A DNA stretch of 64,000 nucleotides from Octopus sinensis (taxonomy: Eukaryota): contig NC_043007.1 of assembly GCF_006345805.1 (NCBI RefSeq), positions 55,552,001 to 55,616,000 of the forward strand, in the 5' to 3' direction. Each line of letters opens with the position of its first letter. The stretch's first letter is position 1. A program made the translations under genes and the position numbers. Of this stretch, positions 27,223-40,362 are shown piece after piece. Under the pieces are notes generated by a model that was given only the letters and a program-made list of their open reading frames with translations, had not been told where the DNA came from and searched no databases.

Positions 27223-27710
27223 ACTAAAAAAATGTATGATTGATTGCAGTCAATTCATTCTCTCTTACCTGTTTGTGTCTGCCTTCCAAATGCTGTTTTT
27301 ACTGAGATCTCCCTTTTTAGTAGAAGAAATAGCTATAACCCTTTGACTGCTATTTCTAAATTCGGTATGTGGTAAGGCAACTCGTTGCTAAACCCTTATT
27401 GCTTAGTATTACTTAAATTTTCCTCGAATGAGGCTTTTACATGCCGAAGACTACTTGGTGTAATTGATAATTTTTCCAAATTAATTAATTTCACCCTTCA
27501 TTATTACGGATAACCATATTTTATCTCAGTAGATGACCACAGCATCTTGTTTTGGCTACACGCGGGTGGGAAGGGGCTGTTGACACAATCGTTTCATTCA
27601 CAAATTGAATTCGGTGATACCAGTTGCGGATTCTAGCTCGCTCTGATACTGAGTTGAGTTGGTGCCTTCTGGTATCTCAAAATTCAATATATAATCATTT
27701 ATGATTATAG

Positions 27711-27822
27711 TATTCTACGCTGAAGAGAAAAGAAGTTTCGGTAAGATAGAATTATTTAATATTTAATATTTAATTCTTATGCTTTCCTAAAAACTTGATT
27801 TCGAAACGTACGTCCGTGGATA
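27711..27822 (+). ncRNA. Hammerhead ribozyme A5
   Basis: Same motif; cleavage after 27814. Confidence 0.85.
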
Positions 27823-28310
27823 ACTAAAAAAATGTATGATTGATTGCAGTCAATTCATTCTCTCTTACCTGTTTGTGTCTGCCTTCCAAATGCTGTTTTT
27901 ACTGAGATCTCCCTTTTTAGTAGAAGAAATAGCTATAACCCTTTGACTGCTATTTCTAAATTCGGTATGTGGTAAGGCAACTCGTTGCTAAACCCTTATT
28001 GCTTAGTATTACTTAAATTTTCCTCGAATGAGGCTTTTACATGCCGAAGACTACTTGGTGTAATTGATAATTTTTCCAAATTAATTAATTTCACCCTTCA
28101 TTATTACGGATAACCATATTTTATCTCAGTAGATGACCACAGCATCTTGTTTTGGCTACACGCGGGTGGGAAGGGGCTGTTGACACAATCGTTTCATTCA
28201 CAAATTGAATTCGGTGATACCAGTTGCGGATTCTAGCTCGCTCTGATACTGAGTTGAGTTGGTGCCTTCTGGTATCTCAAAATTCAATATATAATCATTT
28301 ATGATTATAG

Positions 28311-28422
28311 TATTCTACGCTGAAGAGAAAAGAAGTTTCGGTAAGATAGAATTATTTAATATTTAATATTTAATTCTTATGCTTTCCTAAAAACTTGATT
28401 TCGAAACGTACGTCCGTGGATA
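28311..28422 (+). ncRNA. Hammerhead ribozyme A6
   Basis: Same motif; cleavage after 28414. Confidence 0.85.
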
Positions 28423-28910
28423 ACTAAAAAAATGTATGATAGATTGCAGTCAATTCATTCTCTCTTACCTGTTTGTGTCTGCCTTCCAAATGCTGTTTTT
28501 ACTGAGATCTCCCTTTTTAGTAGAAGAAATAGCTATAACCCTTTGACTGCTATTTCTAAATTCGGTATGTGGTAAGGCAACTCGTTGCTAAACCCTTATT
28601 GCTTAGTATTACTTAAATTTTCCTCGAATGAGGCTTTTACATGCCGAAGACTACTTGGTGTAATTGATAATTTTTCCAAATTAATTAATTTCACCCTTCA
28701 TTATTACGGATAACCATATTTTATCTCAGTAGATGACCACAGCATCTTGTTTTGGCTACACGCGGGTGGGAAGGGGCTGTTGACACAATCGTTTCATTCA
28801 CAAATTGAATTCGGTGATACCAGTTGCGGATTCTAGCTCGCTCTGATACTGAGTTGAGTTGGTGCCTTCTGGTATCTCAAAATTCAATATATAATCATTT
28901 ATGATTATAG

Positions 28911-29022
28911 TATTCTACGCTGAAGAGAAAAGAAGTTTCGGTAAGATAGAATTATTTAATATTTAATATTTAATTCTTATGCTTTCCTAAAAACTTGATT
29001 TCGAAACGTACGTCCGTGGATA
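28911..29022 (+). ncRNA. Hammerhead ribozyme A7
   Basis: Same motif; cleavage after 29014. Confidence 0.85.
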
Positions 29023-29510
29023 ACTAAAAAAATGTATGATTGATTGCAGTCAATTCATTCTCTCTTACCTGTTTGTGTCTGCCTTCCAAATGCTGTTTTT
29101 ACTGAGATCTCCCTTTTTAGTAGAAGAAATAGCTATAACCCTTTGACTGCTATTTCTAAATTCGGTATGTGGTAAGGCAACTCGTTGCTAAACCCTTATT
29201 GCTTAGTATTACTTAAATTTTCCTCGAATGAGGCTTTTACATGCCGAAGACTACATGGTGTAATTGATAATTTTTCCAAATTAATTAATTTCACCCTTCA
29301 TTATTACGGATAACCATATTTTATCTCAGTAGATGACCACAGCATCTTGTTTTGGCTACACGCGGGTGGGAAGGGGCTGTTGACACAATCGTTTCATTCA
29401 CAAATTGAATTCGGTGATACCAGTTGCGGATTCTAGCTCGCTCTGATACTGAGTTGTGTTGGTGCCTTCTGGTATCTCAAAATTCAATATATAATCATTT
29501 ATGATTATAG

Positions 29511-29621
29511 TATTCTACGCTGAAGAGAAAAGAAGTTTCGGTAAGATAGAATTATTTAATATTTAATATTTAATTCTTATGCTTTCCTAAAACTTGATTT
29601 CGAAACGTACGTCCGTGGATA
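29511..29621 (+). ncRNA. Hammerhead ribozyme A8
   Basis: Same motif; cleavage after 29613. Confidence 0.85.
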
Positions 29622-29803
29622 ACTAAAAAAATGTATGATTGATTGCAGTCAATTCATTCTCTCTTACCTGTTTGTGTCTGCCTTCCAAATGCTGTTTTTA
29701 CTGAGATCTCCCTTTTAGTAGAAGAAATAGCTATAACCCTTTGACTGCTATTTCTAAATTCGGTATGTGGTAAGGCAACTCGTTGCTAACCCTTATTGCT
29801 TAG

Positions 29804-29893
<90 letters not shown>

Positions 29894-29894
<1 letters not shown>

Positions 29895-30127
29895 CTTTAT
29901 TTCACGTTGCTCCAGTTCACTCAGCTGTAGAAATGAGTTGCGACGTCACAGGTGCCAAGCTGTATCGACCTTGTCTCTCCCTTGGATAACACTGGTGGCG
30001 TGTAGAGGGGAGGCCGGTATGCATGGGCGACTTCTGGTCTTCCATAAAACAACCTTGCCCAGACTTGTGCCTCAGAGGGTAACTCTCTAGGTGCAAACCC
30101 ATGGTCACTCATGACCGAAGGGGGTCT
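29894..30127 (+). mobile_element. SINE S2, 5'-truncated
   Basis: Near duplicate of 30330-30572. Confidence 0.8.
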
Positions 30128-30137
30128 AAATATAATA

Positions 30138-30572
<435 letters not shown>

Positions 30573-30588
30573 CATATATATATATATA

Positions 30589-30632
<44 letters not shown>

Positions 30633-30677
30633 CTATATATTATATATATATATATATTTATATATTATTATATTATT

Positions 30678-30713
<36 letters not shown>

Positions 30714-30788
30714 ATTATATATATATATATATTATATATATATATTATATATATATATATTATATATACATATTATATATATATATAT

Positions 30789-30823
<35 letters not shown>

Positions 30824-30875
30824 ATATATATATATATTATATATATATATATTTTTATATATATACATATTATAA

Positions 30876-30934
<59 letters not shown>

Positions 30935-31358
30935 GTATATATATATTATATATATATATTATATATATATATTGTATATATATATTATATATATATTGTA
31001 TATATATATTGTATATATATTATTAATATATATATTATATATTATTGTATATATATATGTATATATATATTATATATATATATTATATATATATATTATA
31101 TATATTATATTGTATATATATTATATATATATATTATAATATATATTTATATATATATATTGTATATATATATTATATATATATTATATATATATTTATA
31201 TATATATATATATATTATATATATATATATTATATATATAGATATATATATTATATAATATATAATATATATATATATATTATATATATATATATATATA
31301 TTATATTATATATATATTATATATATTATATATATATATATTATATATATATCATATA

Positions 31359-31408
<50 letters not shown>

Positions 31409-31441
31409 TATTATTATAATATATATTATATAATATTATAT

Positions 31442-31472
<31 letters not shown>

Positions 31473-31533
31473 ATAATATATATATATATATTTATAATAT
31501 ATATATTTTTATATATATATATATATATATATT
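30573..31533. repeat. Long imperfect (TA)n tract
   Basis: ~960 bp, almost only A/T. Confidence 0.95.
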
Positions 31534-31697
31534 TCTCAGACCGGGCGTGTGTGTGTTTATTGAGCGAAAAACACTAAAAGTTCTACGAGGCTCCGGCAGG
31601 GGGTTGTGATCCCTGCTGTACTCTTTCCACAATGGCGGTGCCCCAGCATGGCCACAGCTCAAGAGCTGAAACTGGAAAAACAAAAACAAACAAACAA
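31534..31697 (+). mobile_element. SINE-type 3' tail matching the LINE 3' end
   Basis: 31631-31680 matches the reverse complement of 37196-37245 with 2 mismatches. Confidence 0.75.
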
Positions 31698-31704
31698 AAT
31701 ATAT

Positions 31705-31740
<36 letters not shown>

Positions 31741-31794
31741 ATATATATATATATATTATATATATATATATATTATATATATATATATATATTC

Positions 31795-31882
31795 GAAACA
31801 CGTGTAGAATGAAATAAAACGATTTCTGTTCAATCTGCGTTCAGCTCCATTTCTTCAATTCACCAATAATGTTTTAATTTCA

Positions 31883-31885
<3 letters not shown>
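31795..31885 (+). mobile_element. Family F 3' fragment (HHR helix III onward)
   Basis: ttcgaaacacgtgtagaatgaaat.. matches 36967-37047. Confidence 0.8.
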
Positions 31886-31977
<92 letters not shown>

Positions 31978-32023
31978 ATATTATATATATCTATTATATA
32001 TATATATATATATTATATATATA

Positions 32024-32062
<39 letters not shown>

Positions 32063-32612
32063 TATTATATATATATATATAATATATATATTATATATAT
32101 ATATATATATATTTCAACAATTGAGGGTAAAATTAATTAATTATTAATCAATTTCACCAAGTATTCAGTATGTAAAGGGACCATTTAGGTGAATTCAAAA
32201 TATTACATTTTATAAAGGGCTTAGTAAAATATTACATTTTATAAAGGGCTTAGTAAAATAAATACAATTCGACATTTCTTTCGTCAGCCCAAAATTCCTT
32301 AATATTTTGAATTCGCCTTAAATGGTCCCTTTACATACTGAATACTTGGTGAAATTGATTAATAATTAATTAATTTTACCCTCAATTGTTGAAATTATAA
32401 TTCATTTCTCTCTGTTTAATACTTCGGTTTTCACCGATAAAATTATGGTGTTTGCTAACTTAGCCCACGTGGGTGGAAAGGGGGGGGGGCAGAATTCTTC
32501 GCTTGCATATTTTGAATGTTGGCACTGGTAGTCTGAACGGATCTTCGAAGGTGAAAAGTCGCCAAAAGGGTATGCTCCTACTTTCAGTGTTTACAAATCC
32601 GAATTAAGGAAT

Positions 32613-32674
32613 TTTGGGCTGACGAAAGAAATGTCGAATTGTATTTGGCTGATCTAGAAACGTACGTTCTCAAA
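32613..32674 (+). ncRNA. Hammerhead ribozyme B1
   Basis: tttggg-CTGACGA-a aga..gtcgaa..tttggc..tct a-GAA-ACGTACGT-T|ctcaaa. Confidence 0.75.
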
Positions 32675-33177
32675 TAACCTTTGCATATGTGATTTTTTAA
32701 TGTTTTTACCCCCATACCTTCGTGGGCTATTTTGAGTAAGCACTATCTGAGAGAAATTTTCTTTAAGTATTAGAATGTGGCTAAAAAAATTTTTTTAGCT
32801 GCTATTTCTAATGAGTTCAGTATGTGGCAAAGTAATTTATTTTACTAAGCCCTTTATAAAATGTAATATTTTGAATTCGCCTTAAATGGTCCCTTTACAT
32901 ACTGAATACTTGGTGAAATTGATTAATAATTAATTAATTTTACCCTCAATTGTTGAAATTATAATTCATTTCTCTCTGTTTAATGCTTCGGTTTTCACCG
33001 ATAAAATTATGGTGTTTGCTAACTTAGCCCACGTGGGTGGAAAGGGGAGGGCAGAAATTCTTCGCTTGCATATTTTGAATTTGTTGGCACTGGTAGTCTG
33101 AACGGATCTTCGAAGGTGAAAAGTCGCCAAAAGGGTATGCTCCTACATCCAGTGTTTACAAATCCGAATTAAGGAAT

Positions 33178-33239
33178 TTTGGGCTGACGAAAGAAATGTC
33201 GAATTGTATTTGGCTGATCTAGAAACGTACGTTCTCAAA
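33178..33239 (+). ncRNA. Hammerhead ribozyme B2
   Basis: Identical motif; cleavage after 33233. Confidence 0.75.
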
Positions 33240-33431
33240 TAACCTTTGCATATGTGATTTTTTAATGTTTTTACCCCCATACCTTCGTGGGCTATTTTCA
33301 GTAAGCACTATCTGAGAGATATTTTCTTTAAGTATTAGAAATTGGCTAAAAAAATTTTTTTTAGCTGCTATTTCTAATGAGTTCAGTATGTGGCAAAGTA
33401 ATTTATTTTACTAAGCCCTTTATAAAATGTA

Positions 33432-34807
<1,376 letters not shown>

Positions 34808-35104
34808 AAAATAGTAAAGAGTGAAAAAACGACAGAAGGCTTAAATGTTAAAGATATATATATTTGCGTCAATATGTCTGGAGAATATTGGAAAAATTTT
34901 TTTCCTTTCTTATAATGACATAATTTTATAATTTTTAAAGAAAGACCGGTTTCGCATTTAGCTCTTCAAATTTCTTCCGACGTAATGTTTATCTTTAATA
35001 GCGTTATCCTTGTTTTTTTGATTCGGAGTGTGCATCTACGTCTGAGTGATTGTCCCGTGGACTCCACGTAGTCTTGGTGGCAGCCCGAGCATTTAATGAC
35101 ATAA

Positions 35105-36431
35105 ATTATGTTTTCAGAGGCACAAGTAAAGAATTCATTACTAAATCAATTGAATTCATCCTACACAATAACCACTTCATGTTTGACAATACATTTTACC
35201 ATCAAAAATCTGGAATTGCTATGGGTACAAGGGCAGCACCAGTCATTGCGAACTTAACAATGGGATACATGGAAATAATCATTTACCAGGAATCTTTATC
35301 AATCTTTGGAAACGCCCTCTCTCAATACATAAAAGAGAACTGGAAACGATTCTTGGACGATTGTTTTATTCTCTGGAATGAAAACACAGATAAACTCTTA
35401 AAATTTAAAAACCTATTGAACAGCATAAACCCAAATATACAGTTCACAATGGAATACAACCAAAAGGAGCTCCCGTTCTTGGATATACGAATTAAAAAAA
35501 TTAACCTTAAAATAGAAACTGACATTTTCTACAAAGCCACAGACGCCAAACTATACCTTCTCTTTAATTCATGCCACCCAAGACACACTAAAACAAACAT
35601 CCCCTTCAACCTTGCAAGAAGGATATGCACAATAGTGTCAGAACAAAATACCAGGAACTTCAGACTGCAAGAACTCAAAAACACCTTACTTGACAGACAT
35701 TATCCAGCTCAACTCATAGAGGATGGGATCAGACGTGCAACAGAAATCAACATAGAAACTTTAAGAAAGTTCAACACAACACACACCTTCCCCGAAAATA
35801 CTACCTTACATATCTACATACAACCCCAGAAACAAAGAAGCCTTCACCATCATCACCCAGAATTTACCAATACTTCATAAAAACCCAAATTAAAGGAAAT
35901 TCTAAACATACACCAATCATTAAAAGCTACAAACAGCCTAAATCACTTAAAAAGATTCTCACAAAGGCAAAATTATCTTCTGAAATTACGGATGCAAAAG
36001 TAAAAAAATGTGGTAGATCGAACTGTGCAACATGTCCTAACCTACTAGAAGGATCAGAATTCTTCTTTAAAGAGGGACAGAAATTCAAGATCAAATCGAA
36101 CTTTACTTGTGCCTCTGAAAACATAATTTATGTCATTAAATGCTCGGACTGCCACCAAGACTACGTGGAGTCCACGGGACTATCACTCAGACGTAGATGC
36201 ACACTGCATCGACAACAGATTGCATTCCCAGAATATTGAATGATACCTTTTAGTGAGCACATTGAGAAATGCGCAAAGCAACTACAACCACAATTTTTAA
36301 TCTTTCCATTTTACCAATGTGCTTTCGGATCATCAACACAAATTAGACTAAACAAGGAAACATTCTTCATTGAAAAGTACAAACCCAGACTCAACTATCC
36401 AAACATAATAATACAGAGAAATTCACACTAA
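35105..36431 (+). pseudogene. PLE RT plus GIY-YIG, frameshifted
   Basis: ORFs 35050-35880 and 36240-36431 plus intervening frames; ORF start 35050 lies in the inverted segment. Confidence 0.85.
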
Positions 36432-36547
36432 GAGAAAAAGCGATTATCTCCCTTACACCGGAAGAAATCACGCACTACCTTCACTTATTTAGAACTCTCC
36501 GTAGAAAAAAACAAGGATAACGCTATTAAAGATAAACATTACGTCGC

Positions 36548-36586
36548 AAGAAATTTGAAGAGCTAAATGCGAAACCGGTCTTTCTT
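36548..36586 (+). ncRNA. Minimal hammerhead-like motif with atypical core (inverted copy at 34938-34976)
   Basis: aagaaa-TTTGAAGA-gc taaat gc-GAA-ACCGGT-C|tttctt. Confidence 0.6.
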
Positions 36587-36721
36587 TAAAAATTATAAAA
36601 TTATGTCATTATAAGAAGGGAAAAAATTTTTTCCAATATTCTCCAGACATATTGACGCAAATATATATATTCTTTAACATTTAAGCCTTCTGTCGTTTTT
36701 TCACTCTTTACTATTTTCTTA

Positions 36722-37047
36722 TATATTCACCCACGTGCTTTCACAAACAAACTTTCTTATATATATATATATATATATATACGTGTTTCGAAAGGCGCAA
36801 ATTACCAAAATCCGATTGAATAATGGGACCATATTGTGTCTTTTTTGCTCCGCCTCTGTTCTGTTTTTGTTTTTTTCCAACGGATTTCCTTTTTTCCTTT
36901 TTTCTTCCTGAAGAGAAAGACACAATATGGTCCCATTATTCAATCGGATTTTGATAATTTGCGCCTTTCGAAACACGTGTAGAATGAAATAAAACGATTT
37001 CTGTTCAATCTGCGTTCAGCTCCATTTCTTCAATTCACCAATAATGT

Positions 37048-37050
<3 letters not shown>
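36722..37050 (+). mobile_element. Family F element with 5' inverted duplication
   Basis: 36781-36840 is the reverse complement of 36919-36978 (1 mismatch); followed by (TA)n. Confidence 0.8.
36900..36989 (+). ncRNA. Type I hammerhead ribozyme, family F
   Basis: ttttcttc-CTGAAGA-gaaag..ctttc-GAA-ACACGTGT-A|gaatgaaa; cleavage after 36981. Confidence 0.8.
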
Positions 37051-37127
<77 letters not shown>

Positions 37128-37267
37128 ATTATATATATATTATATATATATATTATATATATATATATATATGATTTGATTGATTTTGATTTTGATTTTT
37201 CCAGTTTCAGCTAATGAGCTGTGGCCATGCTGGGGCACCGCCATTTGGTTTGCTACACGGGTTTACC

Positions 37268-40200
37268 TCACGGATGCTTTTTAGCAAACGCCATCTGATG
37301 CATGAGAGAGTTCGATGCAGCTGCCCTCATCTGCACCTCCTGCCGTGAAGTTTGTTCATCCGGGACACCTGACAGGAAGAGATCCAGTCCTACTTTAAAG
37401 ACATCCGCATCTACACCATGCAGGTCCCTCAGGTTCTTCGGGAGGATATTGAAGAGCCGTGGGCCTCTGAAGCACAGGCTATCACAATATCTTGTCCTAC
37501 ATCTTGATGGCAAATTTGGAGTCCTTGGTACTACGCAGTGGCGTCCGGTTCTGGCGTTTGTGTGACTCTCGATGCCAAAGTCTGGGACAAGACCTTCCAG
37601 GATCTTCCAGATATATATTATGGCATATCTTTCTCGCCTACGCTCCAGTGAATAGAGCTTTAATCTCTTGAGTCTCTCCCAGTAGCTCGTATGCTGCACA
37701 GAGGCTATCTTCTTCGTGTAGCTACGTTGGATCGCCTCAAGTTCTGTGATCAACTTGACACTGGATGGTGACCATAGCTGAGAGCAATAGTCAAAGTGGC
37801 TTAGGACAAGTGTCTTCCAGAGGACCATCATGGTTTCTTGTTCTCTTGTTCTAAAGGTTCTAAGAATCCATCCAGCCAGCCGTCTACATTTCATTGTCAG
37901 TTTAGCAACATGTACATGAAAGGTCGCGTCATCACTCATGTGAATACCCAGGTCACGCACTGATTGTGCCTCTGGGATTGCAATCCCTCCGGGTCCAGTG
38001 TATTCATTGGGTATTGCATTCAGTTTTGCATGCTGATAGTATAAAGCTTGAAACTTTTCAGCATTGAACTGCATGCTATTCTTTTCAGCCCACTTGTATA
38101 TTTCGTCCAGCTTACATTGCAGGTGCTTAGTGTCTTCAGGGTTCTGTATTGCCTATGAAACTTTTGTATCATCTGCATAACTTGTGATCGTGTCTCTCCG
38201 CGTGGCTGAGGGCATGTCTGAGAGGGCCATTATGAACAGTAGTGGTCCCAAAACAGTGCCCTGTGGAACACCGCTCACTATTTGCGTGCTAATGGAAGTG
38301 GCCCCATTGGCTGCTACCACCTGACTTCTATTCTTCAGAAAGTCATGAAGCCATTCTCCTAGTTTGCCAAGATCACGCAGTTTGTGACATATCATTCCAT
38401 GATCGACTTTATCGAAGGCCTTTGCGAAGTCGAGATATATGACTTTCACATTTGAGTGGTTGAGCAGTTGTTTCAGCATCCAGTCATAGTGCTGCAGGAG
38501 CTGAGTTAAGCAGCTTCTTCCTGGTCGGAAACCATGTTGGGTGTCAGGCAGCAAGTCATTTTCTTCAAGGAAGGTGATTAGTTTCCTTCTGACTATTCGT
38601 TCCATGACCTTGCTGATGTGTGAGGTCAGAGAGATAGGTCTGTAGTTCTTGGCCTCCTCTCTGCTACCTCCTTTATGAATAGGGCATATTTTACCTTCCT
38701 TCAGTTTTCTTGGAAGTTTGCCAGCTGCAAGGAAGCTCTGAAAGAGGAACTGCAGTGGTCTTGCTAGGACTCTCTTACATACTTTTAGGAGGATTGCCGG
38801 GAATCCATCGGGGCCAATAGCTGAGTCTGTTTTCATTTCATCTATAGCCTTTATTACATCGTCTTCCTTTATATCGATGTAATTTATCGTCGTCGCCTCT
38901 GATTCTATATCTGCAGTGGTAAAGAAGTCAGTTGGATTGCTGATTTGGAAATGCCCAAGGGGTGGAGTGAAAACACTCTTGAATTGTTCATTCAGTATTT
39001 CACTTACCCTCATTGGTTTTCCTGTGAGTGTGCCATCCTTTTCAAGGAGTGGCCCTATCCTACAGTGCACCGTAGCTGTTTCTTTGGCATACCCGTAGAA
39101 AGCTCTGGGGTTAGTTTTTATGTTGTCTATAGCCCAGGCTTCTTTGTCTGCTCTTTCCTTCTCATGGGAGAGTTGCAGACAATTTTCAATTTCCAACAGT
39201 TTTATTTTCAGGCGGGACTTTTCACTGCTTTCAATTTGTTTGTTTAGGCGATTTGAAATCTTTGTACGCCGTCTCATTAAAATTTTCCTCTCTCTGGGGA
39301 TTTTGTTCTTGTGTACAGTGGCCTTTCTCTCTGGGACACATTTGTAGCATATGGCTTGCATTACAGACATGAATTGTTGAAGTATCATGTCGATGTCCGG
39401 CGAGGAGAGACATTCAGGCCAGTTTTGTTTGAGGATCTCTTTCTCAATTTGTTTCCAGTTTGCCTTATTGAAGTTCAAGCTGGAAAGATTCTGAGGGTTT
39501 CTTGTAGGCTGCATGTCCGTGCTCTCTTTTGGCCCGTACATGGTCAGCTCTACCATGTTGTGATCCGAGAGTAGTGTCGGTGTCACTTTCACATTATGGA
39601 TGAGATCCATATTATTTGTGAAGCAGAGATCCAGTGTGTTACCTGCTCTGGTTGGTTGGAGTATTACTTGCTCCATGTACAGGGTGTTGATGAGGTTCGG
39701 GAGGGACCTCGCCTGTCCTCGTTCACATCTTGTCATTCCTGGGAGAGAAAGGCCCTCGGCCATCTGACATTGGGTAGATTGAAGTCTCCCATGAGAAGTA
39801 CACTTATGTGTTGTTCTAATGTGATTAGAACTTCTTCTATTTTTAAAAGGCAGTCCTCAAACTTGCCCATATGACTTGGGGCATCTGGAGGGCGATATGT
39901 AGCACACACAACTACATCAAGTTGCCTTATGTGTACAATTAGTGTGTCACACACCGAGTTTGAGTATGACAAAAGGACCTGGGGTGTGAGGTCCCCATGG
40001 ATGTACATAGCAACTCCTCCATGACTCCTTTCTTTCCTGTCGGTCCGTAGTACAACATACTGTGGTATGTGTAATTCCGCATCTGCTATGTCCGGTTTCA
40101 GATGCGTTTCTGTGAGTGCTATGCATAAGGCTTGATTGCATACGACAAAGTCTCTCAGGAACGGGACTTTTGTCCTGTTACTGTGTGTTAGTAGTCCTCT

Positions 40201-40362
40201 GATGTTCAGTAGGAGCATCGAGGTGAGGTGTATGCTGTTGCCGGCGGTGTCCACCCTGGGTCCATCTGCTGTGGCGGTCTTGTGAACTGTGGGCAGTTCC
40301 ATCTGCAAGCCTGAGCCTGATGGAGCCAGGTTAGCTGCTGTACAATCTTTTGTGCCATGCAC
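37268..40362 (-). pseudogene. LINE ORF2 (APE plus RT) with one frameshift (~39750) and one in-frame TAG (38153)
   Basis: ORFs 39733-40362, 38153-39763 and 37268-38074; the last two are in frame across the TAG. Confidence 0.9.

Larger units (their letters stand above)
25107..29805 (+). repeat. Tandem array A: 7.8 copies of a 598-600 bp non-coding HHR-containing monomer (retrozyme-like)
   Basis: ttacggataacc recurs at 25107, 25707, 26305, 26905, 27504, 28104, 28704 and 29304; only a few variant sites; (TA)n on both sides; no ORF >=60 aa inside. Confidence 0.97.
32113..33431 (+). mobile_element. Locus B: two ~564 bp HHR monomers (+, 32301-33431) with an inverted, deleted 5' segment (32113-32300)
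   Basis: Cores at 32619 and 33184; shares motifs with array A; flanked by (TA)n. Confidence 0.9.
34806..36722 (+). mobile_element. Neptune-like Penelope element, 5'-truncated with inverted pLTR
   Basis: RT (GIAMGTRAAP..RFLDD..LPFLD), CGRSNCATC linker, GIY-YIG (FTCASENIIYVIKC..YVES..LHRQQI); 34806-35010 is the reverse complement of 36505-36720, and 35025-35105 of 36120-36200. Confidence 0.9.

Noticed and set aside
25107-29805. Array A as 5S rDNA, snRNA/histone repeat or CRISPR
   Set aside because: No recognisable 5S, snRNA or coding sequence; whole units are identical, with no repeat-spacer alternation.
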